Positions 26,890 to 35,825 of a stretch of 46,715 bases of DNA are shown piece by piece. The notes beneath the pieces are model-generated. The model was not told the origin of the DNA. It saw only the letters and a program-made list of their open reading frames with translations, and made no database searches. The DNA lies in the IMG/VR virus record IMGVR_UViG_3300030397_000540, positions 1-46,715 of that record, one strand, 5' to 3'. This DNA comes from a virus (taxonomy: Duplodnaviria > Caudoviricetes). A program made the position numbers and the translations under genes. Numbering within the stretch: the first letter of the stretch is position 1; each line of letters starts with the position of its first letter.

Positions 26890-29300
26890 CCTATCAAATT
26901 TTGTTGGTAATCATGCTGACTGGACGCTTTGTTATAGGAGCCAAATATGCCCCCTTCCGTAATACCGAAATTAACCTCAATCTCCTGAATCGATTTCTTT
27001 ACACGCCGGACCTCATCGATCAATGTTTTGAACTGCTCCTTTGTAATTCCGTTGTCACTCTCTTGCCGCCTTAATCTTTTTGAATCGACTACAAGCGGAG
27101 ATGGAGAAATCAACTTTGATATGGGTATATCTTGGATGAAAGCCCCCATCTGAGCCAGTTCAACCAACTGCTCATTGCTTAGGGCCCGACCACCCAGGGC
27201 TTTATTTTGTTCCGCGGTCAATACCCGTTCGCCGCCGTGCACTTCGATGATATGCCCTTGGTGTGCCGGCCCTGGGATATATTCTTCGGTACCCTTCCGG
27301 AATGACGGAATACTACTGAATGCCTGATTCAATTGAATAATGGCAGCGGCTACCGATGCGGCCAATCCAATAGCAGCAGCAATACCGCCAATGGGCCCCA
27401 ATTCGGCAAAACCGCGAATTACTGCCACAATACCCTGGGATACGGCCACCGCCTGAGCGGCTACAATCGAAGCCCGGTCGATTTGTTCCTGCCGGCGCTG
27501 GGCGTCCTCCCGGGCTGCAATCATCTTATCCAATCGTTCTTGTTCCAGCTGCAAGATTTCAGCGTTGCCGCGTTCGGCCAGCACAAGTGCTTTATCTACT
27601 CGCTCCTGTTGAACATCAATTAACCGGTCGTACAATTCAATTTGCCTTAATAGGGCATCACTAGCCGCGTTGAATACCTCTGCAGTACCTTGACCGAAAG
27701 CGGTCTGGATAGTTTCAATATCATCTAAAGTCTTTAAAAGTTTAGCCTTTCTTTCCGCTTCCAACCGATCAAGCCGGGCGTAAAAGTCTGCTATTCTTTT
27801 CAGGAATTCTTTGTTTGACTTTTCCAGGTCTTCAATTGCTGTTTCGGAAGTTATGCTTTCAAGAAAATTCAGCTGCGGCAATTCTCCGCCCAACCCGTCG
27901 AGTAGCCCGTCTAAACTGGCTTTAAGCCTTTTTAATTCCAATTCTAATTCGACACGGATCTTTTTCAATTCGTCGATTCCCACTGCCGCCCGAAGTCTTT
28001 CTTCATCGGTGGTAGCAGCATTTAGGGCTCTTTGCAGGTTTTGAATTTCCCTGTCTAAAAAGTCGATGGATCCAGCCAAGGCAACGGATGACTCCGCCGT
28101 AGCTGCACCGACGGACCGAACGGCAGCAGGCACCTTTGCCTCATACGCTTCAATTTCTGCGAGTAGCTCCGCCCGTCGCGCTGCTACCCGGTCGGAAAAA
28201 TTGCCTTCTAATCCAGCCAATTCTTCATTGACACCAGCAATTTCCTTCCTGGTTGACTCAATGACTCCAGATATAGCGCTTAATCTACCTAAGCTACCTT
28301 CATCCAGCCTTAAAATTGCTTCAGTGAATCCAAGTAATTGATTTAAGATGGGTTCTATACTTCCAACAAAATCCAAAAATGCAACACGAAATGATAGTGC
28401 GGTCCTATCTGACACAAGCTGAAATCGTGTCATTATATCTTCCAAGCCTGCAAGATTGGCAATGACATTAATTATTGAACGGTTGATAGAATCAATAAAG
28501 GAGGTGATATTTCCCGCCTCGCCACTCGGCAAAAATGGATCAAGCAAAGTTCGAACAAACCGTTGTGCTGAAACGATCAAAATCGTTAGGGAGCGCTGAA
28601 CTGAAGAAAAGTTTAATCCGGTAGTAAGGCGCCCAAAAAAATCGCCGATTTGCTGAATCAGCGGGGTTAGAGTCCTGGCCACATCTGACCCTATTTTACC
28701 TAGGAAAGTGTTGATTTGGTCAAACGCGTTTCCCGCGGCCGTCCCTGACAGCGTTTCCCTGAATGATCGGCCAAAAGCCGTTACCTGAAGTCCGATATCT
28801 GCTAATGCTCCCAGGGCAAATGATTTGAACACATTGAATGCTAACCGCCCGCTGGTACGAATGACTCGAAAAAACCGGGATGCAACCCTTTGTGAAGCCC
28901 TGAAAGCGTTTCTTACGTTTATGACTGATGTTAAGAAACGATTGTTACGATTGGTTGTAGTATTAATGTCGCTTTTAACATTTTCCAATTGATTAGACAC
29001 ACGAGTCAATGCTTCCGCGTAGGCTTCCGGGTTAGAAGGGTCGAACGTCGTTTGTAGCTCTTCTCTAATACCGGCAGCAGCGGCTTCCGCGTCTTCAATT
29101 TCCACGCCCAATTTTTCGAACTCCTTTAAAAAATCCTTGACAACCTTGTTCTCCAGTGCTTCGGTCATCGTCTCCTTGAAACTCTCCGCGGAATCTTCAA
29201 TGCCATTTACCTCGTCACGGAACTGGATAAGCTCCCTTTTCGCTTTCTGGACTTCTAATTGAAAAGCGACCAGTAAATTCTTTTGGGTAATATCTGCCAT
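26886..29300 (-). CDS. Tail tape measure protein
   Basis: 804 aa, helical and Ala-rich, with a hydrophobic segment and a C-terminal FRKGT...VHGGERVL motif. Confidence 0.8.
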   Translation of the reverse strand: MADITQKNLLVAFQLEVQKAKRELIQFRDEVNGIEDSAESFKETMTEALENKVVKDFLKEFEKLGVEIEDAEAAAAGIREELQTTFDPSNPEAYAEALTRVSNQLENVKSDINTTTNRNNRFLTSVINVRNAFRASQRVASRFFRVIRTSGRLAFNVFKSFALGALADIGLQVTAFGRSFRETLSGTAAGNAFDQINTFLGKIGSDVARTLTPLIQQIGDFFGRLTTGLNFSSVQRSLTILIVSAQRFVRTLLDPFLPSGEAGNITSFIDSINRSIINVIANLAGLEDIMTRFQLVSDRTALSFRVAFLDFVGSIEPILNQLLGFTEAILRLDEGSLGRLSAISGVIESTRKEIAGVNEELAGLEGNFSDRVAARRAELLAEIEAYEAKVPAAVRSVGAATAESSVALAGSIDFLDREIQNLQRALNAATTDEERLRAAVGIDELKKIRVELELELKRLKASLDGLLDGLGGELPQLNFLESITSETAIEDLEKSNKEFLKRIADFYARLDRLEAERKAKLLKTLDDIETIQTAFGQGTAEVFNAASDALLRQIELYDRLIDVQQERVDKALVLAERGNAEILQLEQERLDKMIAAREDAQRRQEQIDRASIVAAQAVAVSQGIVAVIRGFAELGPIGGIAAAIGLAASVAAAIIQLNQAFSSIPSFRKGTEEYIPGPAHQGHIIEVHGGERVLTAEQNKALGGRALSNEQLVELAQMGAFIQDIPISKLISPSPLVVDSKRLRRQESDNGITKEQFKTLIDEVRRVKKSIQEIEVNFGITEGGIFGSYNKASSQHDYQQNLIG

Positions 29301-29332
29301 GCGTAAGTTGTTGTTTTACGCGGGCTTCCTGA

Positions 29333-29611
29333 TCATTGGCTGGCTGCAGCTTTTTTCAACTGCTTTTCTTCCTCTTCGACTTTATCCTTCAAAGTTAATA
29401 CAATTTGGAGATATTCGTCAAAGGTCATATTAAGGAGCTCGTCGGCATGCAAATTCATACCTTCCGCCACTTCAAAAAGCGACCGGTTTAATGTTGTGGT
29501 GAAGTATTGGAGGTATTCGTTCTGACTAATTGCAAAAATGTCATCGCGGCTCGGGCCGTTTCCGTGTTCAAAAAGCCCAAAACGTCGAAATCGATTTCCG
29601 ATTGCCTCCAT
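29333..29611 (-). CDS. Tail assembly chaperone C-terminal (gpT-like) frame
   Basis: Overlaps 29488-30051 in the -1 frame, directly before the tape measure gene. Confidence 0.55.
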   Translation of the reverse strand: MEAIGNRFRRFGLFEHGNGPSRDDIFAISQNEYLQYFTTTLNRSLFEVAEGMNLHADELLNMTFDEYLQIVLTLKDKVEEEEKQLKKAAASQ

Positions 29612-30051
29612 CTCTCGACCTGTTTGAAGCTGGCAGACAAAAAAAAAGCCCGGACCTCTTCGTTTTCCTTTACGAGCTCCGTTTTCAATTGCATGAAATG
29701 GGGCTCCATGTCGGTAAGTGATTCACCGGGGTATAGAATAAATGAATTTCCGATCTTTAAGATGTTGTCTTCTACTGCGTAGAGGCTCAAATATGATTTC
29801 AAGTGGCCCAGATAGAAATTTGCATTAGAAAAATCACCGGCGTTAAAGGCCTTTTCCTGAAGCGTAACAAATGCCTCCAGGTCTTTGCGCTGAATGCCTA
29901 ATTGAGTCTCATGTATGGCCATGAAGTACGCCAAAACTCGTTTGTATGGCGCAGCCAGGGGGTTTTCAAAGTACCGCCATTTGATCCCGCCGGCTTTTAT
30001 TTCTTTCAGAATGAATTTTTCGTTGCGGTCCTTCTTTTTGCGTAATCTCAT
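29488..30051 (-). CDS. Tail assembly chaperone (gpG-like)
   Basis: Position; T9 slippery run at 29639-29647 on the minus strand. Confidence 0.55.
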   Translation of the reverse strand: MRLRKKKDRNEKFILKEIKAGGIKWRYFENPLAAPYKRVLAYFMAIHETQLGIQRKDLEAFVTLQEKAFNAGDFSNANFYLGHLKSYLSLYAVEDNILKIGNSFILYPGESLTDMEPHFMQLKTELVKENEEVRAFFLSASFKQVERWRQSEIDFDVLGFLNTETARAAMTFLQLVRTNTSNTSPQH

Positions 30052-31463
30052 AATCGTTGCTGTAATTTATTCAAACTGTCGAATTGATCGTCATGAGCTT
30101 CTACCGGATCGGTTGACATATGATCCCGAATGTCTGCCGCGTTGTTGATGTCATCGTATCCCCGGGGAAAAACCATGTGAACCAGGTACCGGAAGTTATC
30201 AGCCTGGTGAAAACCGTTTTCATCCGATTTCTTGATATTGTCGTTATCGTCCGGCATGGCCGCTTGTAGATCATTGATGAGCGGTGAACAGTCATTTACA
30301 TGGATGAACACCAGCCCCCGGGTGAATGCATGGTTTACAACCCGCCTGGAGTACCTTAGACGCGGATTCTGATTGCCGGTATGTCGTATCTGTCGATTAC
30401 TGAGGTCGAAAGCATCTCGTATGATACTGTAATCAGTGTTCATTTCGCCACCCCGACCCAAACCAGCCGATGAATGTCGGGCTTTACCGGAAATATCACC
30501 GGTGACAATTAACCCGGCTTCATGTTCCTTATATCCAAACTTCAACATTTCATTGCAAAGTGCTTCTGTACCGCCTTCGACCTCAAAGGACCGGAAGACA
30601 AACAGGCCTTTTCCGGGAATGTCCTGGCCGACTGAACACGTACACGGTGATACATTGAAGTCAAATGACAAATAGATCGGCTCGAATGGGTTGATTGTGT
30701 ATGAATCAATCGTGTGAAGTGAATAATTAAAGGAATTGAACCATGGATCGTCATTCAGAACAATATCCCAATCGCCGTCCAATAGGCGGGCTCGGTCCCC
30801 AGCACTTAATTTCATAAGCTGCCGCCGGTACCGGGTAGCAAACCCTTTATCCGGGTTGTCATCTAATCCGAACCGGACTACCTTTTGATAAGGCTTTAAT
30901 TTAATCGGCCGGCCGGAACGGTCTTTAATGTAGGTCCATTTTACCCAGTTATTAGCCGGATTGCCGGTCATCAATATTTTAGGGGTGTCGTTGATCAGCT
31001 TAAACCGGATCCGGGATTCCAATATTTCCTTTACCCGTTTGGGTACCTCGGTTACTTCATCAATCGCCGCGTCCGTAAGTTCAAGGGATCCCAGGTTTGC
31101 AACATCACCATGCCGGATCTTCAGCCAGCGGAATAGAATTTCAGAACCGTTGTTAAATTTAGCAGTATGCCCAGAAAAAGAGATTTTGACACCGAATGGA
31201 TTGAATTGCCCGAACTTCTGCCAGGTTTCCCCAAAAGTTTTCATTGTGGTGTCTTTCAAGTCGGTAAAAGAGTACCGACCAATTAACCCCCGGGTACCCT
31301 CGTACTTTGTCCGCCGGTACTGCTGCCACATACATATCAGAAACGATTTTCCGCCTCCAGCCGACCCACCGGCAAAGACTTCATGAATATCATGATCGTA
31401 TTCCAGGATGTTCCAAACCTCTTCCTGTCGAAGTGACAATATGCGGTCGGTAACTACTTTCAT
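30048..31463 (-). CDS. terL: Terminase large subunit
   Basis: Walker A GGSAGGGKS, Walker B AAIDE, TGNP coupling motif, and nuclease SFDFN and HQADNFRY. Confidence 0.95.
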   Translation of the reverse strand: MKVVTDRILSLRQEEVWNILEYDHDIHEVFAGGSAGGGKSFLICMWQQYRRTKYEGTRGLIGRYSFTDLKDTTMKTFGETWQKFGQFNPFGVKISFSGHTAKFNNGSEILFRWLKIRHGDVANLGSLELTDAAIDEVTEVPKRVKEILESRIRFKLINDTPKILMTGNPANNWVKWTYIKDRSGRPIKLKPYQKVVRFGLDDNPDKGFATRYRRQLMKLSAGDRARLLDGDWDIVLNDDPWFNSFNYSLHTIDSYTINPFEPIYLSFDFNVSPCTCSVGQDIPGKGLFVFRSFEVEGGTEALCNEMLKFGYKEHEAGLIVTGDISGKARHSSAGLGRGGEMNTDYSIIRDAFDLSNRQIRHTGNQNPRLRYSRRVVNHAFTRGLVFIHVNDCSPLINDLQAAMPDDNDNIKKSDENGFHQADNFRYLVHMVFPRGYDDINNAADIRDHMSTDPVEAHDDQFDSLNKLQQRL

Positions 31464-31882
31464 CCTTCCCTGCTAGTTATTCTCCAATCCATGTCGCCGG
31501 TCACAGCAACCTTTGCTTCAATTTCTGTCTTATCGGTCCACCCCAGGTTTTTCAAAGCAAAGATTGCACCGGAAGAATATTGGGCGCCGGACTGCAATTT
31601 TTTCTCATAGTGGTTTTCAATCAACAGCCGTATTTTTGTAATAGTGTAAGAGAATTTGCTGTCATTTCCGTGCTTATCGGTCTTGTAATCATAGAATGAT
31701 TGCCTTGATGCAAAGCCCATGAAAAGGCATAATCCGGATATGGTGATCTTCTCTTCTGTTGCAGCACATTTTTCAAAATATTGGATAGCTTTTTCGGTGA
31801 AAGCTTTGACGCTTCTGTATTTCGGTGGCTGACCACTACCCCGAAGTAATTCATAGGCCTTGAATTTATCTTGTACCTCCAT
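31460..31882 (-). CDS. terS: Terminase small subunit (P22 gp3-like)
   Basis: GQPPKY, TISGLCLFMGF and GAIFALKNLGW motifs; coupled to terL. Confidence 0.85.
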   Translation of the reverse strand: MEVQDKFKAYELLRGSGQPPKYRSVKAFTEKAIQYFEKCAATEEKITISGLCLFMGFASRQSFYDYKTDKHGNDSKFSYTITKIRLLIENHYEKKLQSGAQYSSGAIFALKNLGWTDKTEIEAKVAVTGDMDWRITSREG

Positions 31883-31887
31883 ACCTC

Positions 31888-32148
31888 TTATTTCAAATAA
31901 CTAATCACCTGCCTAAGAATTTTAGCAAGCCCCCCGGGTTTGAGTTTTTGACTATATGATAGCTGAACTTGCTGTTTGCTATCGTGTGGAATTATAACCA
32001 AAGCATAGCTGTAACCCGGGGGTAGCTTTTCGTCTACCATCGCTCCTAATTCAATTGCTATTTCTGTGTTGGCTTGGGGAAGAATCAGGCCGTTGCTTCG
32101 AAGCACTTTTCTAAGGGCCCTTTGTTGATCTGGTGGCAACTCCTTCAT
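31888..32148 (-). CDS. Hypothetical protein
   Basis: 86-aa ORF downstream of a predicted promoter. Confidence 0.65.
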   Translation of the reverse strand: MKELPPDQQRALRKVLRSNGLILPQANTEIAIELGAMVDEKLPPGYSYALVIIPHDSKQQVQLSYSQKLKPGGLAKILRQVISYLK

Positions 32149-32171
32149 AGGTTATTTTTGATACATTGTTG

Positions 32172-32179
32172 CAAATATA
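32172..32179 (-). promoter_or_regulatory. TATATTTG -7 element, candidate late promoter
   Basis: Matches TAnnTTTG upstream of the packaging genes. Confidence 0.5.
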
Positions 32180-32185
32180 AGGATT

Positions 32186-32620
32186 TTAGGATTCCTTTAT
32201 CGTCAACTCCTCGCCGGTCAGGGCGAAGTGGAGATTTTGCAGTTGGTGGACGTGCTTTATTTCTATATCACAATTAGATTGCTTCCAGACAAAAGAGAAC
32301 CCTTGGAAATCCAGTAGTGTTACAGCAAAAAGGCCTTTGGTCCAGTGCCCCATAAATTCCAAAGGGTCAGTTTGATCGGTAACCCATTTGAATCCAAATT
32401 TTTCAAACCACTCTTCGGTTATGGGTATCCCTTCAATTTTGCTGAATGGCCAATACTTATTTACCCTTCTTTGCGGTAGGATCTCATGTACCCCTGTTAT
32501 GGAGATTTCTGTAACTCTGAAGAATTCTGTTTCGATGGGAAGCAACACCCTTGGTTTCTCCCCGAACCAACCACAGCCGTAGAAGTAATTCCCAATCCGG
32601 AGTTCGTTTGGTGCGATCAT
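32186..32620 (-). CDS. Conserved hypothetical phage protein
   Basis: NELRIGN...IPITEEW...IKHVHQLQNLHFALTGEEL pattern recalled from Bacteroidota phages. Confidence 0.75.
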   Translation of the reverse strand: MIAPNELRIGNYFYGCGWFGEKPRVLLPIETEFFRVTEISITGVHEILPQRRVNKYWPFSKIEGIPITEEWFEKFGFKWVTDQTDPLEFMGHWTKGLFAVTLLDFQGFSFVWKQSNCDIEIKHVHQLQNLHFALTGEELTIKES

Positions 32621-32807
32621 GATTTACTTTTGAATTTAAACTCAATGTCCCCCGTCAAATAAAGGCCTAAGACTATCAGTACAAAAAGATCGGTTAATGC
32701 TGAAGAAAACTTTTCAAAGTCCAGTACTAGAATTGTAGCTATAACAGCCATCACATTCGCTCCAATGGCGATATATACGATGCCGCTAACTATTTTTTGA
32801 GGTTCAT
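32617..32807 (-). pseudogene. Two-TM membrane protein gene interrupted at an A6 run
   Basis: MNLKK-stop; adding one A gives a 63-aa ORF with ATGA overlaps at both ends. Confidence 0.55.
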
Positions 32808-33109
32808 AACCTTAATCTTTTTTTGATTTCCTGATAAGTGTATTCGCGTCTGACCGCTTTATAAGTCTTGTCTGGATCATAGATTCCGACTCGGTTGCAA
32901 TCGGTTTTCAATGACAATGCTTTATCCCAAGTTGGATAGAACCACCCATTACTGACCAGGTAAATAACCCGGTTTTGAACCGTATACCAATCTTTTCGCG
33001 CAAGGAACACTTTCCCATGAATTGAGCTCAGGGAAATATGAGTAAATAGCTTTCCTTCTGCTTCGTCTAAGATGAATCGATCGACGTCGGTTAGTGGTAG
33101 GTCTTTCAT
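32804..33109 (-). CDS. Hypothetical protein
   Basis: Co-oriented ORF. Confidence 0.65.
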   Translation of the reverse strand: MKDLPLTDVDRFILDEAEGKLFTHISLSSIHGKVFLARKDWYTVQNRVIYLVSNGWFYPTWDKALSLKTDCNRVGIYDPDKTYKAVRREYTYQEIKKRLRL

Positions 33110-33156
33110 CCTTTCAACTGTTTCGGCACGTACTCCAGCAGTGCCTGGTTAGGTAA

Positions 33157-33372
33157 TTACAATTTCTCTCTCAAATACCAGAATAATCCGAATAGAACCC
33201 ATCCGATGAACAAGGTACCTGGAACCGTGCAAATAAATTCAAGGTGAGAAAAATTATCATCTAACAATGCTATAACCGATCCAATGAACGCATTAAATAA
33301 ACACGCCCCATAAATCATTGGCATTGCAATGGCATCAAACTTTTTCCTTCGAAGTTTTCTTCTTTTTCCCAT
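33157..33372 (-). CDS. Small two-TM membrane protein
   Basis: Start placed at MGKRRK directly after the upstream stop. Confidence 0.6.
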   Translation of the reverse strand: MGKRRKLRRKKFDAIAMPMIYGACLFNAFIGSVIALLDDNFSHLEFICTVPGTLFIGWVLFGLFWYLREKL

Positions 33373-33373
33373 A

Positions 33374-33736
33374 TCAGTCCGTTTTAGGCGGTTCGGGAAG
33401 GGGCTGCCAGAATTTGACTGTATTTGGTCTTTGGAGGACATCGCAGATAACCCAGCCAAATGCATATGCATAGAACTGGTTGGTAACCCTTTCCGATGTG
33501 ATCGCGCGTTGACGTTCTTCATCCCATATCAACACCTTGACCCCAAGTTCCGGTAACTCATCCTTCACCGAGATCCAGCCACCGCGGTAGTGGTATTCGA
33601 AATCACCGCGGCCAACTTGATCTTTTGACCAAGTAACTCCAGATAAATCATTGAAGTCCTCATCCGGATCGATGAAATCCAAGCCCGGAAGGTCGTCACC
33701 TATGTTCAGGTATATTTTCTTTGGTATGTTCTTCAT
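33374..33736 (-). CDS. DUF551-like protein
   Basis: WISVKDELPE...VKFWQPLPEPPK. Confidence 0.8.
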   Translation of the reverse strand: MKNIPKKIYLNIGDDLPGLDFIDPDEDFNDLSGVTWSKDQVGRGDFEYHYRGGWISVKDELPELGVKVLIWDEERQRAITSERVTNQFYAYAFGWVICDVLQRPNTVKFWQPLPEPPKTD

Positions 33737-34131
33737 GGCTGTTCGGTTTGGTGAAATAATCTATGTCTTTCTAAAATAGATTTAGTCAGATTTTCCACGT
33801 ATTCATCTACTGATAACTCCCCTCTTCGCATCACAAATCCAGGATGTCGCGCCTTTAAAATGGAATTAATCCACTGTGCCGGAAAGTGATCACGAACGAC
33901 ATTTCCCAACAACACATATAGTACTCCATTTTGCACATTGAATCGCGATGATATTCTATCTCTAAAGTCTTTGGACGGAAGGGTATATGTTGGGAAAAGA
34001 TTCTTCTTCTCGAACTGACATTTTGCCCCTACGTTTTCGATCACCCGGTCTATGATCATGCCTGTTTTGGTAGATGAATCCAAAGGCGTTTTTCCTTCTT
34101 TATGGTGAATACCGACAAAGCAAACTTTCAT
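33733..34131 (-). CDS. Minimal uracil-DNA-glycosylase-superfamily-like protein
   Basis: VCFVG, TG--ID, NL, VLLGNVV and HPG occur in UDG motif order. Confidence 0.5.
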   Translation of the reverse strand: MKVCFVGIHHKEGKTPLDSSTKTGMIIDRVIENVGAKCQFEKKNLFPTYTLPSKDFRDRISSRFNVQNGVLYVLLGNVVRDHFPAQWINSILKARHPGFVMRRGELSVDEYVENLTKSILERHRLFHQTEQP

Positions 34132-34158
34132 CGCTTCAGTTATTGCCCGGGCGGGCGG

Positions 34159-34350
34159 TTATCCAATACCCCAAGGGTTTTCCCCTGTTTCCTCAATAAA
34201 AATCTGCTTCAGGGCTTCAACCCATTCAGGCATAGATTCTTTGAATCCCTTAACATGAATATCTGCCGGCACAGGAATGTTTAGTGCGTGTTTGAAATTG
34301 TCGATCTGGTCAATCAGACGACCCAATTTTTCAATATTTTCCTTTGTCAT
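34159..34350 (-). CDS. Hypothetical protein
   Basis: 63-aa co-oriented ORF. Confidence 0.65.
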   Translation of the reverse strand: MTKENIEKLGRLIDQIDNFKHALNIPVPADIHVKGFKESMPEWVEALKQIFIEETGENPWGIG

Positions 34351-34361
34351 TTCTTCAATAT

Positions 34362-34760
34362 TTAAAATTCAAATCCATTTTCTGATACTGACAAATCACC
34401 TTGAAAGCACCACAGATGATACATATCAGCCTGATCAACGATTTTATCCCGTTTCGGGTAAACCTGGACAGCTTGCCAATCTTTTCCGGCCAGCTGGTCT
34501 TTAATTCGCTGAAAATGGGCCCAAGGGATGAATCTTTTGCCGTCATGGCGCCGAATCCAAAGATGTATCACTTGTCCGCCGAATACTTCAGAATCAAACC
34601 TGGAGAATTGGACGGAATAGGCATTGTTTGCGACTGCCTTGTAGATTGATCTGTTTGTATGGTGCTTTAGCACATGAGACATATCATCCCATGTGCCCCA
34701 TTTCTTGATCGGTGTGATAAGCTTGTGTGTCATCTCTTCAATTTTTAGCGTTCGTTTCAT
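34362..34760 (-). CDS. Conserved hypothetical phage protein
   Basis: HLWIRRHDG...W--FQRIKD...AVQVYP...VDQADMYHLW motif family. Confidence 0.75.
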   Translation of the reverse strand: MKRTLKIEEMTHKLITPIKKWGTWDDMSHVLKHHTNRSIYKAVANNAYSVQFSRFDSEVFGGQVIHLWIRRHDGKRFIPWAHFQRIKDQLAGKDWQAVQVYPKRDKIVDQADMYHLWCFQGDLSVSENGFEF

Positions 34761-34766
34761 GTATTG

Positions 34767-34802
34767 TTACCCGAAAACAATGTCTTCGACGATAACAATC
34801 AT
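34767..34802 (-). CDS. Micro-peptide MIVIVEDIVFG (11 aa), DIxxx family
   Basis: Fills an intergenic gap in operon orientation; IVxxEDIxxG-stop is shared with the 6631 peptide. Confidence 0.65.
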   Translation of the reverse strand: MIVIVEDIVFG

Positions 34803-34829
34803 GGGTTGGAAGTTTGTTAGGGAATGGGG

Positions 34830-35525
34830 TTAGTCAGCAAATTCGCGCTCTTCATCATATTCGTATTTTCCATCAACCAATTTGTACATCTCCTTGTCGC
34901 CTGGCCAAAGTTTGAAAGCCAATTCGTAGGCCTCAATGCTCTGACTCTCTGGAATTGCACTCTCAATAGCTTCGCCATTTATGTATCTGTACATGGCACA
35001 ATTGGAACCGGTATCTTCATCTGCCCATTCATAGATAAATTCTACATTCGGGAATCTCTGACTCAGTTTTTTAATGAGATTGGGTACTCCATTCCATGCG
35101 GTTTGAAACATGATCACATTTTCCTCTTCATAGCTGCTGCTATAGGCGTTCCACTTCGTACCCCAGTTTTCTTTTGCCCATGGATACCATGTGGCATGTC
35201 CAAACTGATTTGCATTGTCCTGGTATTTGAATCCCATTTCAAGTATTTCCTTCTGCTGTTTTCTGGTGTATCTGTCAAACCTTCGCCATATTTCTTCTAT
35301 ACCTAAGAACATGCTACGCCCTTTGCCGAATAAAATGGCTTGGCCCATGTCTCCCCAGGAACTAATTTCGATATCCAATTCCTCGGGCATTGGAATCAGT
35401 TTGTTAAAATCGAAGATCCTTTCGGTGCCGTCATCATACGGTTTACCGATCATGAATTCTTTTACCTCTTGGACCTTTTGTTTGGTCCCTATAATTTCAA
35501 GTCTGTTTTGGATGTGATTTGGCAT
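34830..35525 (-). CDS. DUF1281/YubB ferredoxin-like domain protein, 231 aa
   Basis: MPNH--N-L, FDFNKLIPMP, NWGTKWNAY and FQTAW motifs. Confidence 0.8.
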   Translation of the reverse strand: MPNHIQNRLEIIGTKQKVQEVKEFMIGKPYDDGTERIFDFNKLIPMPEELDIEISSWGDMGQAILFGKGRSMFLGIEEIWRRFDRYTRKQQKEILEMGFKYQDNANQFGHATWYPWAKENWGTKWNAYSSSYEEENVIMFQTAWNGVPNLIKKLSQRFPNVEFIYEWADEDTGSNCAMYRYINGEAIESAIPESQSIEAYELAFKLWPGDKEMYKLVDGKYEYDEEREFAD

Positions 35526-35541
35526 GTCTTTCAATTTTAGG

Positions 35542-35817
35542 TTAGGGAATGGGGTTAAATGACTCAAACTTCTCTTTGACGTCCTCATAATCACCCATTA
35601 CCAAGTATTGGATTTTGGGAAAAATACGGGCAATCAATTTTGCCTCATATTCATCATTGGCGATGATTTCAACCGGAGGCATGCCCACAACATCAATCTG
35701 AATTCTCATAATAGCTTTGTTTTCCCTCTCATTGAGCCTGGAAACAAGATCCTCTAACAACTTCAATTTGTCGTACAAGACTTGAGCAGCCTCGAATTGG
35801 TCTGTTTTCATTATCAT
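35542..35817 (-). CDS. Hypothetical protein
   Basis: 91-aa ORF next to attP. Confidence 0.65.
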   Translation of the reverse strand: MIMKTDQFEAAQVLYDKLKLLEDLVSRLNERENKAIMRIQIDVVGMPPVEIIANDEYEAKLIARIFPKIQYLVMGDYEDVKEKFESFNPIP

Positions 35818-35825
35818 GATAGATT

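Noticed and set aside
8181-31386. Numerous plus-strand ORFs of 60-180 aa in the morphogenesis region
   Set aside because: They are antisense shadows of tightly packed minus-strand genes and have no motifs
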